Source: a virus
IMG/VR virus record: IMGVR_UViG_3300032242_001694
DNA length: 64,000 nt
Direction: 5' to 3' (one strand)
This document shows, in pieces, positions 51,526-59,636 of the stretch. The notes beneath the pieces are model-generated. The model was given only the letters and a program-made list of their open reading frames with translations, had not been told where the DNA came from and searched no databases. Position 1 is the first letter of the stretch. Each line of letters opens with the position of its first letter. Both the position numbers and the translations under genes were made by a program.

Positions 51526-52322
51526 TGGTCCCTCAAGATCTTAACGTGGTGTATTCTATAAGTGGACTTAGTCTTTGGATCTGCATGCTCTTCATAACCT
51601 AGATGCTGTAAAGTCTGGCCTCTCTTGACAATAGACTCATGCTCGTCGCCAAAGTCACTCTCTCCGCTGACATGAGATACTGGATCGCCAGGCTCAACGT
51701 GAATATGCATGATGTGTCTGGTTTCGCCTGGCTTGATATAACCTTCTGCGTAGCCATGCGCCAGAGTCTTGTCGTGTGTTGCCGATATATAAGCGGGCGA
51801 GTGGAGCTTTCCCTCTTCATCGGTATGATCCTGTGGATTAAAAGATAGACCGGAATATAAGCTCATAGGCTTCTTGATCTTATTCTTATCAATCGCGCTG
51901 TCCAATGCCTTATACATTGGTCTTAGATTCTTTTCGTGTGTCTCAGACTTAAAGCCATGAATAAGCGGTCTATTCATGTCCTTGCTGTGATTATCATCGC
52001 CAGTGTAGTGATCTATAATGTCTCTGTGATTATCAGAGAATTTATTATCTTTTTGAAGTTTTGCGCTGATAGCAGCTGGATCTTTACCAAGGTGCTCGTT
52101 GTCGTTTTTCTTCTTCCAGTCAGAGATCATTCCTTGATCGCCGATGTCTTCTTTAAGCTTCTTTAAAAATTTAGAAACACTGGTACCGAGCTGCTTAAAG
52201 TGAATAGGTTCAGGTATGACGCCACTCTTAGGCTCAATCACTCTAGGAGTTGCCTGCCTAAAGTGAATAGCCACTGGAGTAGAACCCATCTTATCCTTTA
52301 AGTATTCACCAAACTTCTTCAT
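51522..52322 (-). CDS. ADP-ribosyltransferase-like protein (Alt/Mod/VIP2 fold)
   Basis: YT.....N..L, LD..I, LYSG, YISAT, EHE..V.RG. Confidence 0.7.
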   Translation of the reverse strand: MKKFGEYLKDKMGSTPVAIHFRQATPRVIEPKSGVIPEPIHFKQLGTSVSKFLKKLKEDIGDQGMISDWKKKNDNEHLGKDPAAISAKLQKDNKFSDNHRDIIDHYTGDDNHSKDMNRPLIHGFKSETHEKNLRPMYKALDSAIDKNKIKKPMSLYSGLSFNPQDHTDEEGKLHSPAYISATHDKTLAHGYAEGYIKPGETRHIMHIHVEPGDPVSHVSGESDFGDEHESIVKRGQTLQHLGYEEHADPKTKSTYRIHHVKILRDQ

Positions 52323-52567
52323 TACTTCTTTCTTAGATCTTCTTGATTGCTTCTAAGATAGTCCGCGCAGGTTGACATGTAGTCAGCAGCGATTGTAATC
52401 TTTGCCTGAACCCACTCGGGCAAGTTTGTGTCTGGCTCGAGCATCGAGTTAACCTGCTGTGAGTTAAACACTATGGATCTAATCTGCGACATAGTCATGT
52501 CACCTTCATAGTCATACTCGCCCTTGTCTTTTGCTTCTTGTAGATTGAATCTCTTAAACGATTTCAT
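52322..52567 (-). CDS. Small probable internal head protein
   Basis: MKSFKRFNLQE; LPEWVQ.KIT.A.DY. Confidence 0.7.
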   Translation of the reverse strand: MKSFKRFNLQEAKDKGEYDYEGDMTMSQIRSIVFNSQQVNSMLEPDTNLPEWVQAKITIAADYMSTCADYLRSNQEDLRKK

Positions 52568-53406
52568 TAGCAGTTCCACTTTCTTAGAGCTTTGTTGATA
52601 CGTGAATCTGGATCATTTGCAGTCTTAGCCGACGTAAGTCTCTTTTTCATCCCACCCATGCGAGCGCAGAATGACTTGCGGCGATTGGCAGCTTTGCTAC
52701 CCTTCTTTAACTTTGATGGCTCAGTGGTCACTGGGGCCTTCAGGTGGCCGCCCGACTCTCTATTGTAGTGGTCTCTGCCTTTTTGAGTCAAGCCGCCAGT
52801 CTCGCTCTTATATCCCTTAGAGTCTTCTTCCATTCCACACTCACAGTCGTCGCAAGAACACTTCTTCTCATTAATAACTTTCTTAATGGTGCTGAGAGTC
52901 TTAGATCTGCCTTGACCTGGAGTGTTATCTTTAAGAATACCGGTTAGCGAGTCGGTACCGACGAAGCGCGATGATGGATCATTTGGATCCTTAGACTGTG
53001 GCTCGCCGGTGGTGTAAGCTTCTGATTGAGAAGCCTTGAGGTCTTTAGCTGTAGGGCGACCTTTTTCGCCAGGCTTACGCATATGCTCGCCTGAGCCATG
53101 CTTGATACGCTCGCGCTTAGCGTGAATATTGTCCCAGAGGCCGCGTTTTTCTGATAAATCGTGATCCATGTGTGCTGCTAACCCTCCAGCGATAAATGAA
53201 TTAACTCTATTATAGGCTGTCTGCTCAGAAAAGTCAACGAGATAACCGCGAACGTACACTTCTCTAAGTGTGTCGAACGGTACACCTGACTGCTGAGACT
53301 TCTTGAATAGGGAGATTACTTGTTTTTCTGACAGTGCCACGGCGGCCGCTGCGTGCTCTACAAAATCTAGCTGAGGACTAGAAAGGAGACTCTTCTCTTT
53401 TGGCAT
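52567..53406 (-). CDS. DUF6321-like domain protein
   Basis: GLW.NIHAKR.R and RRKSFCARM.G...SRINKALRKWNC. Confidence 0.7.
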   Translation of the reverse strand: MPKEKSLLSSPQLDFVEHAAAAVALSEKQVISLFKKSQQSGVPFDTLREVYVRGYLVDFSEQTAYNRVNSFIAGGLAAHMDHDLSEKRGLWDNIHAKRERIKHGSGEHMRKPGEKGRPTAKDLKASQSEAYTTGEPQSKDPNDPSSRFVGTDSLTGILKDNTPGQGRSKTLSTIKKVINEKKCSCDDCECGMEEDSKGYKSETGGLTQKGRDHYNRESGGHLKAPVTTEPSKLKKGSKAANRRKSFCARMGGMKKRLTSAKTANDPDSRINKALRKWNC

Positions 53407-53468
53407 TGGTGTTTCCCTTAGGCTTAACCAAGAACAAGCAGGACTGCCGTGGCTTTCTGCAACAAAAC

Positions 53469-53476
53469 TATTTATA
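53469..53476 (-). promoter_or_regulatory. T4-type late promoter
   Basis: TATAAATA. Confidence 0.8.
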
Positions 53477-54091
53477 TTATTTCTTCTTTTGCATGCCTGC
53501 TGCTATGTCGTTGTAGAGCTCCTCGCTGTGCTGAGGATGGAGAGATCCGTATCTCTTCTGGAACTCTTCTTTATTGCCAGTCGCGACTAAGTTTCTAATC
53601 TTAGTAGCTGACTCGGCGTCGCCGTCTCTCTCGCCAGCTGAGACTACCCTGATGCCATTCTTGTAGTTAAATGGAACGTTACCTTTCTTATCAGGCTGGC
53701 CATTATATCTATTGAATAGGTCTTGGTACTCTTTTACGCGATCATCGCCTGCCACTACAGTCAAGTGGTCGTGACCTTCTCTATTTAGCCTAGCCGCGTG
53801 ATGAATCAGAGTTGGGTGAGCGCTGTCTGCCATTGTAATGTTAGTATTAGGAAAGATACGCTTTGCATGCTTAAGCTTCTGAGCTGGAGTGAGCGGGTTC
53901 TTCTCGTCTCCAGTGGTGTGACTCAATACGACTTCGTGTCTAGCACCCATCTGATTGGCTAAGCTCTTTACAGTATTGACCAACTTGCCGTGACCGGCTT
54001 CAGTCGGTGGCTGCATTCTACCAAACGCCATAACTGCAGGATTCTCTCCGTAGCCGGTATCTTCTTTTATGAATGATAGGAATCTTTTCAT
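53477..54091 (-). CDS. HIGH-superfamily cytidyl/adenylyltransferase with IP-like N-terminus
   Basis: FGRMQPPT..GH.KL, KNPL, V.G.DR, SAT..R; starts MKRFLSFIKE. Confidence 0.8.
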   Translation of the reverse strand: MKRFLSFIKEDTGYGENPAVMAFGRMQPPTEAGHGKLVNTVKSLANQMGARHEVVLSHTTGDEKNPLTPAQKLKHAKRIFPNTNITMADSAHPTLIHHAARLNREGHDHLTVVAGDDRVKEYQDLFNRYNGQPDKKGNVPFNYKNGIRVVSAGERDGDAESATKIRNLVATGNKEEFQKRYGSLHPQHSEELYNDIAAGMQKKK

Positions 54092-55359
54092 TTCTTTGCC
54101 TTTGACATGAAGCCGTAACCGGCGAGATTGTAACCAGCAAAACCGCCTGGTTTATCTTCAGTTGGTGGGCTTTGATCTACCAACTTCTGCATGTTACCTT
54201 GATCGTCGGTGTGAACGTAGCCTTCGTGACCGGTAGCGATTCCACCGATACTCGTTCCCGCTGTCTTACCTTTATCCATTACTCTAACGAGAACGTTCTT
54301 AGCATTAGCCAAGTGCTTGTCGAGATCCATTCCTCTTTGGAAGTGCTCGCGATTCTGATGAACGTACTGAAGCTGGTCGTTAAGAGCAGCTGATCTCTTA
54401 TCTTTAGCAGCCTGTGTCTTAACCTTGTCCATATCTTTCTGAGCAGCGCCGGTCAAGTGCTGGATGTAACCATCTACCGATGCCTCTTCAGGCTTAGTCT
54501 TTGGATCCCTGGTTGCATTTCTTCTAATGATGCTATTCATATAAGTTTCAAGAGGAATGGCATGACCACCGATTGCATCTAGAGCTTCAGGCTTCATCGA
54601 TGCATACGTCTTTCTAGCCAGCTCTTTATGGGCGTGAAACTCTCTTTGATCTTCTGGTGTGAAGTGATCTGGATTTGGCTTGAAGTCTGTGCTCATCATA
54701 TCGACATCAGGGTGTGACTTGAAGTCAGAGTCTCTAACGTCTGGTGTAGCAACCATGCTTGCCAGATCATTTCCCTTATAGCGGGTATGCATGGCAAGAC
54801 CGATCTTTGCAGCGAGAGCTTTCTTACCCTCAGCCGAGTTCCTATCATGAGAATACTCAACGGTGTTTGGCTGGTACTTTACTTGACCATGCTCAACTTG
54901 AATATCTTTCTTACCGGAGTGAGTGAAGTCTCCTTGCCAAACTTGATCAGGAAACCTGCCTCCGACGCTCTTGCGATCCGGAAGAACCTTATGAACGTTA
55001 TCTAGTAAGTCATGAAGCTTTGCTGCTAATCCAGGTGCATGGCCGTGATTGCGGTCAATGTCTTCATGTGTAAAGTTTAACTTGGGATCTTTATTAAAGA
55101 CTGACTTACTGCCGATAAAACGCTCGCCGGTTTCAGGATGATAGCCAGCCACAACCGCTGGCGCGCCGTCAACTTTAGTCTTAAAATGATGTCCTGGAGT
55201 CTCTTGTCCGGTAAGATGTTTAGCAGTCGCTTCAAGTGAGTTGACTGATCTCGCCACGCCGTCGTGACCGCCCGTAATGTGAAGTCTATTGACATGCTGT
55301 AAGTGCTTAAGCTTGTCTTCGTTTACTTCTTCTAATAAGTACTGATAAAAGCTTTTCAT
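54088..55359 (-). CDS. DUF6267-like protein with ATP-dependent ligase motifs
   Basis: KVDGAP, QGD, EGYV, KLVD; starts MKSFYQYLLEE. Confidence 0.7.
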   Translation of the reverse strand: MKSFYQYLLEEVNEDKLKHLQHVNRLHITGGHDGVARSVNSLEATAKHLTGQETPGHHFKTKVDGAPAVVAGYHPETGERFIGSKSVFNKDPKLNFTHEDIDRNHGHAPGLAAKLHDLLDNVHKVLPDRKSVGGRFPDQVWQGDFTHSGKKDIQVEHGQVKYQPNTVEYSHDRNSAEGKKALAAKIGLAMHTRYKGNDLASMVATPDVRDSDFKSHPDVDMMSTDFKPNPDHFTPEDQREFHAHKELARKTYASMKPEALDAIGGHAIPLETYMNSIIRRNATRDPKTKPEEASVDGYIQHLTGAAQKDMDKVKTQAAKDKRSAALNDQLQYVHQNREHFQRGMDLDKHLANAKNVLVRVMDKGKTAGTSIGGIATGHEGYVHTDDQGNMQKLVDQSPPTEDKPGGFAGYNLAGYGFMSKAKK

Positions 55360-56681
55360 TGTGACTTCTCGCTAGGTCCGTAAAAATCATTTCCACCATG
55401 TTCTCCATGGCCTTCGCTGGTAACTGGCTGTTTAACTTTTTTTGCTTTAGGTGCTGCCGGAGCCGGAGGCATATTAACTTCCGGAGGAGGCGCAGCTTTC
55501 TTTGCAGCGAGTCTCTGTTGTTTATCTAGTTCTCTCTGTTGCTTTCTTGCGATAGCATCAGCTTCCAGTTTCTTAGCATGATTAAATAAATCTTTTTTGA
55601 CACCTTGTGAAGATGTGACTGGAATACTGTTTCTATACTGATGATTACCTTTTGAGATAATCATGATGCGTCCGCCGGATCCTTTTTGATCCGTATCTCT
55701 ATCTCTTCTGACAACTACTTTAGATGGAATCATTTCAGAGCAATCGTCATTTGTATTTACATGCTGGTGAGTAAGAGGATGGAGATCCATGGTAGGAATA
55801 CCTCTATGATTCCTGCCTTCTGGATCTGAGACTGCAGCCGGCATGAAATGCATCGATCCTTGAATAACGGAGTGCACGTTATTGACTCCATAATTACTGC
55901 CGTGATCTTTACCATACATGGCTCTGTGAACAATCTTTCTTTGCTCGGGATCGCTGTCGTCTAAGTCGTGATGGTATATCAAGCCTTCTGGTACCGTATC
56001 GTATCCTTGATTATTTTTATGCTTTCTAAACATGCCAGCAATTTTATCTAGTACCGGATGATCCTTGCCATTGACTTCGTGATCTTGAAGACCTCCGAGC
56101 TGTTGGAAACCACCTGCAGCTTTCAATGAATGCCATGATACCGGATTGCCATGTTCATCATGTAAGAACATGTCAGCTTTTGGCTTTGCACCTCTGTGCC
56201 CATACTGATTTGCAATTTCTTTAGTAACACGCTGTGCACCGGCAACATTTACAAACTTACCACCACCAATGTGGAGTCTCATATAAGGAGCGTTGCCTTT
56301 TGCTTTATTGATTGCGTCTTGAATATTGTTCATCTGATCGGCTTCTGCCGCTTCTTGGTCTTTACCAACTCTTCCGCCGGTCGGTTTATAGAACTTGCTC
56401 ATTGGTATGTGGTGTTCATTACCAGCATCGTCATGATGAATACCGTGCCAGTCTCCATTAATATTCTTAACACCGCTGAGTCTTACTACGTCACCGGCTT
56501 GTAAACCAGATTTTTTATGATCTGCCGAAAGAGTCCAGTCATTTCCATGTTTATCCATAGCTTCTGGACCATAGTAAACTTTATGATCGTAAGTACCTCT
56601 TTTACTATCAACTTTAGAAGATAGTGTACCGCGAGATGCTATGGGACCTCTCTCAATTAAATATTCTCTGAAGCTATACAT
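55356..56681 (-). CDS. Probable internal head protein with PD-(D/E)XK-like core
   Basis: PKAD...SLK; starts MYSFREYLIE. Confidence 0.6.
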   Translation of the reverse strand: MYSFREYLIERGPIASRGTLSSKVDSKRGTYDHKVYYGPEAMDKHGNDWTLSADHKKSGLQAGDVVRLSGVKNINGDWHGIHHDDAGNEHHIPMSKFYKPTGGRVGKDQEAAEADQMNNIQDAINKAKGNAPYMRLHIGGGKFVNVAGAQRVTKEIANQYGHRGAKPKADMFLHDEHGNPVSWHSLKAAGGFQQLGGLQDHEVNGKDHPVLDKIAGMFRKHKNNQGYDTVPEGLIYHHDLDDSDPEQRKIVHRAMYGKDHGSNYGVNNVHSVIQGSMHFMPAAVSDPEGRNHRGIPTMDLHPLTHQHVNTNDDCSEMIPSKVVVRRDRDTDQKGSGGRIMIISKGNHQYRNSIPVTSSQGVKKDLFNHAKKLEADAIARKQQRELDKQQRLAAKKAAPPPEVNMPPAPAAPKAKKVKQPVTSEGHGEHGGNDFYGPSEKSQ

Positions 56682-56708
56682 CGATACCTCTTATAACAGG
56701 GTTTTTTA

Positions 56709-56716
56709 TATTTATA
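56709..56716 (-). promoter_or_regulatory. T4-type late promoter heading the internal-protein block
   Basis: TATAAATA. Confidence 0.82.
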
Positions 56717-56721
56717 AAATA

Positions 56722-56751
56722 GAAAAAGGGACGAGCCCATAGACTCGTCCC
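56722..56751 (-). terminator. Rho-independent terminator
   Basis: GGGACGAG-TCTATGGG-CTCGTCCC-TTTTT. Confidence 0.85.
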
Positions 56752-56864
56752 CCTCAGTTCTAGATTGGTATGGTCGAGTGGAACCCCACCATGCGTCTCG
56801 ACTCTTCCTGACTTTTACATCTTGCCTCTTGCTCTGCAGTAGCAATACATACCATTTCTAGAAT
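56722..56864 (-). ncRNA. Candidate structured small RNA
   Basis: Own TATAAATA (56866-56873) and own terminator; long closing helix TTCTAGA.ATGGTATG / CATACCAA.TCTAGAA. Confidence 0.7.
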
Positions 56865-56889
56865 CTATTTATATGATACTGATGATTTT

Positions 56890-57075
56890 TTAGCTGATAG
56901 CACAAAACTTTTTTAAGAAAAAAGCAGGTGTCCAACCGTCGAATACAGCTCCAAAGTTTAGGTTCCGCATGATCTTCTTAGCCTCATCTTTGTCTTTCAA
57001 AGCAACGATCACGTGATCGGTGCTCTGCTCAACTACGCTCCACATACCTTCAATTTGAACAAGCTTATATTTCAT
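56890..57075 (-). CDS. Small conserved hypothetical protein
   Basis: TAATG overlap with the helicase; LN.G..FDGWTP.F. Confidence 0.7.
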   Translation of the reverse strand: MKYKLVQIEGMWSVVEQSTDHVIVALKDKDEAKKIMRNLNFGAVFDGWTPAFFLKKFCAIS

Positions 57076-58472
57076 TAACTAAATCCTTCAAGTTTAGTCC
57101 GGTCAAACTTACCAGCCTTTTTGCTACGCTCTCTATCTTCAGTACCAAACTTAGTCTTGTCCATTAACGGACCATCAGTCAATCCTTCCTGCTCTTTCTG
57201 CTCGACGTCGAATAGCCTCATCTTAGTCTTATCAATCCCAACGATAAACTTGCGAATAGTTGCTGGATCTGAAAAGCGATTCTTAAGCTGCTTGACCATG
57301 ATCTGGTTCTGCTCAGCCAACTCGTCCGTAGCGATAAGAGCAAACATTAAGTCAGCTGTAGCAGGCAGGCCGAACGACTCAGACGTATCCTCAAGACCAA
57401 CGTCGCTTGACGAGTAGCCAGAGCGAGTAGTCTGAGTAGCCGAGATGACTGGCACGTTAAACTCAACGGCTAATCCGCGAAGCTCTTCTGCAATCGCCTT
57501 AACGTAGGTGTATGAGTTGATGTTGTTGCCAGCCTTGAGACGGCTTGACATGCAGATGTTGAGGTAGTCGATATAGATAACGTCGGGAATGAAGTTCTTC
57601 TTGAGCTTGAGCTCGTTGAGAAGATGCCTGAAGTTACCCGAGCCCGCGCAGGCTGTTGGGTATTCCTTGATGATCAGCTTACCCTTGGCCTTAGATTTGA
57701 GCTTGGCAACGCGCCGCTCGTACATGTCTTTTGGAATGGTAGCCAACTCAGAGATTGGCAAGTCAAGCAAGTTGGCGTCGATGCGCTCAGCAATCTTTTC
57801 CTCGGACATCTCCAGTGTAATGTAGAGCACGTTGAGACCGCCAAGTAGATTGGCCGAGGCGCAGTGACACATGAACAGAGACTTACCGACTCCGGTGCCC
57901 GCTAGGGCTATGTTAAGAGTCTTACGCGGTAGACCGCCGCCGGTAATCTTGTTAAAGTAGTCCATATCGAACGGAATACGGACTTCTTTAGTGTGGTAGA
58001 ACTCAAAGCGTGTGTTGGAATCTTCGAGAAAGTCATGGCCGATGCTAGTATCAAACGACACTCCCAATGCGTCTGATAAGATCTTTGGGATCGAACCCTT
58101 AGCACGTTCACCAGTCTTGTCATCCAAGATCTGGATCGATTGCATAATCCCATTATAGATCGCTTTTTCTTGGCAGAACTTCTCAGTCTGGTCGAGGAGC
58201 CAATCAAGCTTTGTCTCTTCGGCCGAGAGACTCTCAATGACTTCTTTGGCCTCGTTGAAAGTCTGTTGACCAAGAGACTTGTTGGCAAGGTCAATTCCAA
58301 GCGCTTCCTTTGAAGGAAAGCTGTTGTACTTCTCGACGTACTCATGCATGAGTCCAAAGACTGTCCGATCGGCAACATTGTGAAAGTACTCCTCTCTCAG
58401 AAACGGAATAGCTTTGCGGCCATAGTCTTCATTGTAGACCAGATTGCTGAAAATAAGTTTCTCGACTGACAT
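57075..58472 (-). CDS. 41: Replicative DNA helicase (T4 gp41)
   Basis: AGTGVGKS, ITLEM.EE, IDY, AEELRGLA, ESFGLPATAD. Confidence 0.96.
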   Translation of the reverse strand: MSVEKLIFSNLVYNEDYGRKAIPFLREEYFHNVADRTVFGLMHEYVEKYNSFPSKEALGIDLANKSLGQQTFNEAKEVIESLSAEETKLDWLLDQTEKFCQEKAIYNGIMQSIQILDDKTGERAKGSIPKILSDALGVSFDTSIGHDFLEDSNTRFEFYHTKEVRIPFDMDYFNKITGGGLPRKTLNIALAGTGVGKSLFMCHCASANLLGGLNVLYITLEMSEEKIAERIDANLLDLPISELATIPKDMYERRVAKLKSKAKGKLIIKEYPTACAGSGNFRHLLNELKLKKNFIPDVIYIDYLNICMSSRLKAGNNINSYTYVKAIAEELRGLAVEFNVPVISATQTTRSGYSSSDVGLEDTSESFGLPATADLMFALIATDELAEQNQIMVKQLKNRFSDPATIRKFIVGIDKTKMRLFDVEQKEQEGLTDGPLMDKTKFGTEDRERSKKAGKFDRTKLEGFS

Positions 58473-58521
58473 GATTCCCCTTCGTATTCATACTCGTACT
58501 TGGTCCAGCTTGGTTGAGGTC

Positions 58522-59568
58522 TCATTCCTCAACCTCCTCTTCATCCATGATTGGACCCATCGACATCTTGTACTTCTTCTCGATATGGTCTGCCAAGTCA
58601 GTCTCTTGGAACATCTTGATCCAGAAGTCTTTGTTATCGACGATGTCGCCAGCACGCATGCTTGGAGTGTTGACCTCGCCGGTATCTTGGTTAACCGTGG
58701 CGTACCAGCCAGCCTTGGGCTTGACGATGTAGCCGCCGTCGATAGCGACGTCAAGCAGACCTGACCAGCGATTGATTCCGCCTTCGTATGAGATGGTGAT
58801 CGGGATCTTAGACTTCTCGCGAACGTAGCGAGACTTCTCAACGTTGATGACGAAGTGATAGCCCTTGATCTCCTTGTCGTCTTTGTCCTGCTGACGACCA
58901 AGGATCCAGATATTGTCCGAGCCATAGTAAGAACCGGTACCACCGCCAACGATGTCTTTTGGATAGAGACCAATCTCTTTGTAGGTGTGGTTGATGACGA
59001 TCATTGGAATGTCCTTGAGCGTCAAGTGAGGAGTCACCATGCGGAACAGGCTCTTAAGCTGCTTGGCTCGCGACATGTCAGCGACTGACTTACCATCGAG
59101 TGCGTCGTCAACTTCTTTCTTAGAAGCCAAGTTACCAATGGAGTCGATCACGATCATTACCTGATCCTTGCGGTCAAGTGTATTGATCTGCTGCATGATG
59201 TCGAACTTCAACTCCTCGATGTCAGTGATCGGAGTATGGACCACGCTGTCGAATGGAATACCAAATGCGTTGAAGTAAGACTGAGGCGTACCAAACTCAG
59301 AGTCGTAGAACAAGACCACCCCGTCCTTGTACTTCTTGAGAAATGCAGAAGCCATCAGCAGCGCAAAGCCAGTCTTAAAGTGCTTGCTTGGTCCAGCCAA
59401 CATGGTAAGTCCTGGCGTGATACCACCATCTACAGTTCCACTCAGTGCTACGTTAATCATCGGGACAGGAGTCGTAATCACGTCTTTCTTAGTATAGATC
59501 TTACTATCAGTGAGAGTTGAAGTCATCTCAATAGTTGAGTTCTTAATCAGCTTATCCTTCAGCGACAT
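58522..59568 (-). CDS. uvsX: RecA-like recombinase
   Basis: AGPSKHFKT, YDSEFG, DSIGNLASKKE, VEKSR.V.EK. Confidence 0.96.
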   Translation of the reverse strand: MSLKDKLIKNSTIEMTSTLTDSKIYTKKDVITTPVPMINVALSGTVDGGITPGLTMLAGPSKHFKTGFALLMASAFLKKYKDGVVLFYDSEFGTPQSYFNAFGIPFDSVVHTPITDIEELKFDIMQQINTLDRKDQVMIVIDSIGNLASKKEVDDALDGKSVADMSRAKQLKSLFRMVTPHLTLKDIPMIVINHTYKEIGLYPKDIVGGGTGSYYGSDNIWILGRQQDKDDKEIKGYHFVINVEKSRYVREKSKIPITISYEGGINRWSGLLDVAIDGGYIVKPKAGWYATVNQDTGEVNTPSMRAGDIVDNKDFWIKMFQETDLADHIEKKYKMSMGPIMDEEEVEE

Positions 59569-59636
59569 TATATTCTCCGTTTGATTGTCATATATTAATA
59601 GTATATCACGCTTATGTATATTTGTAAACTACTTTG

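Noticed and set aside
56657-56845. 62-aa ORF, or RNase P/SRP identity for the structured RNA
   Set aside because: The ORF crosses a terminator and a promoter; the RNA lacks the full GAGGAAAGUCC and SRP helix-8 consensus.
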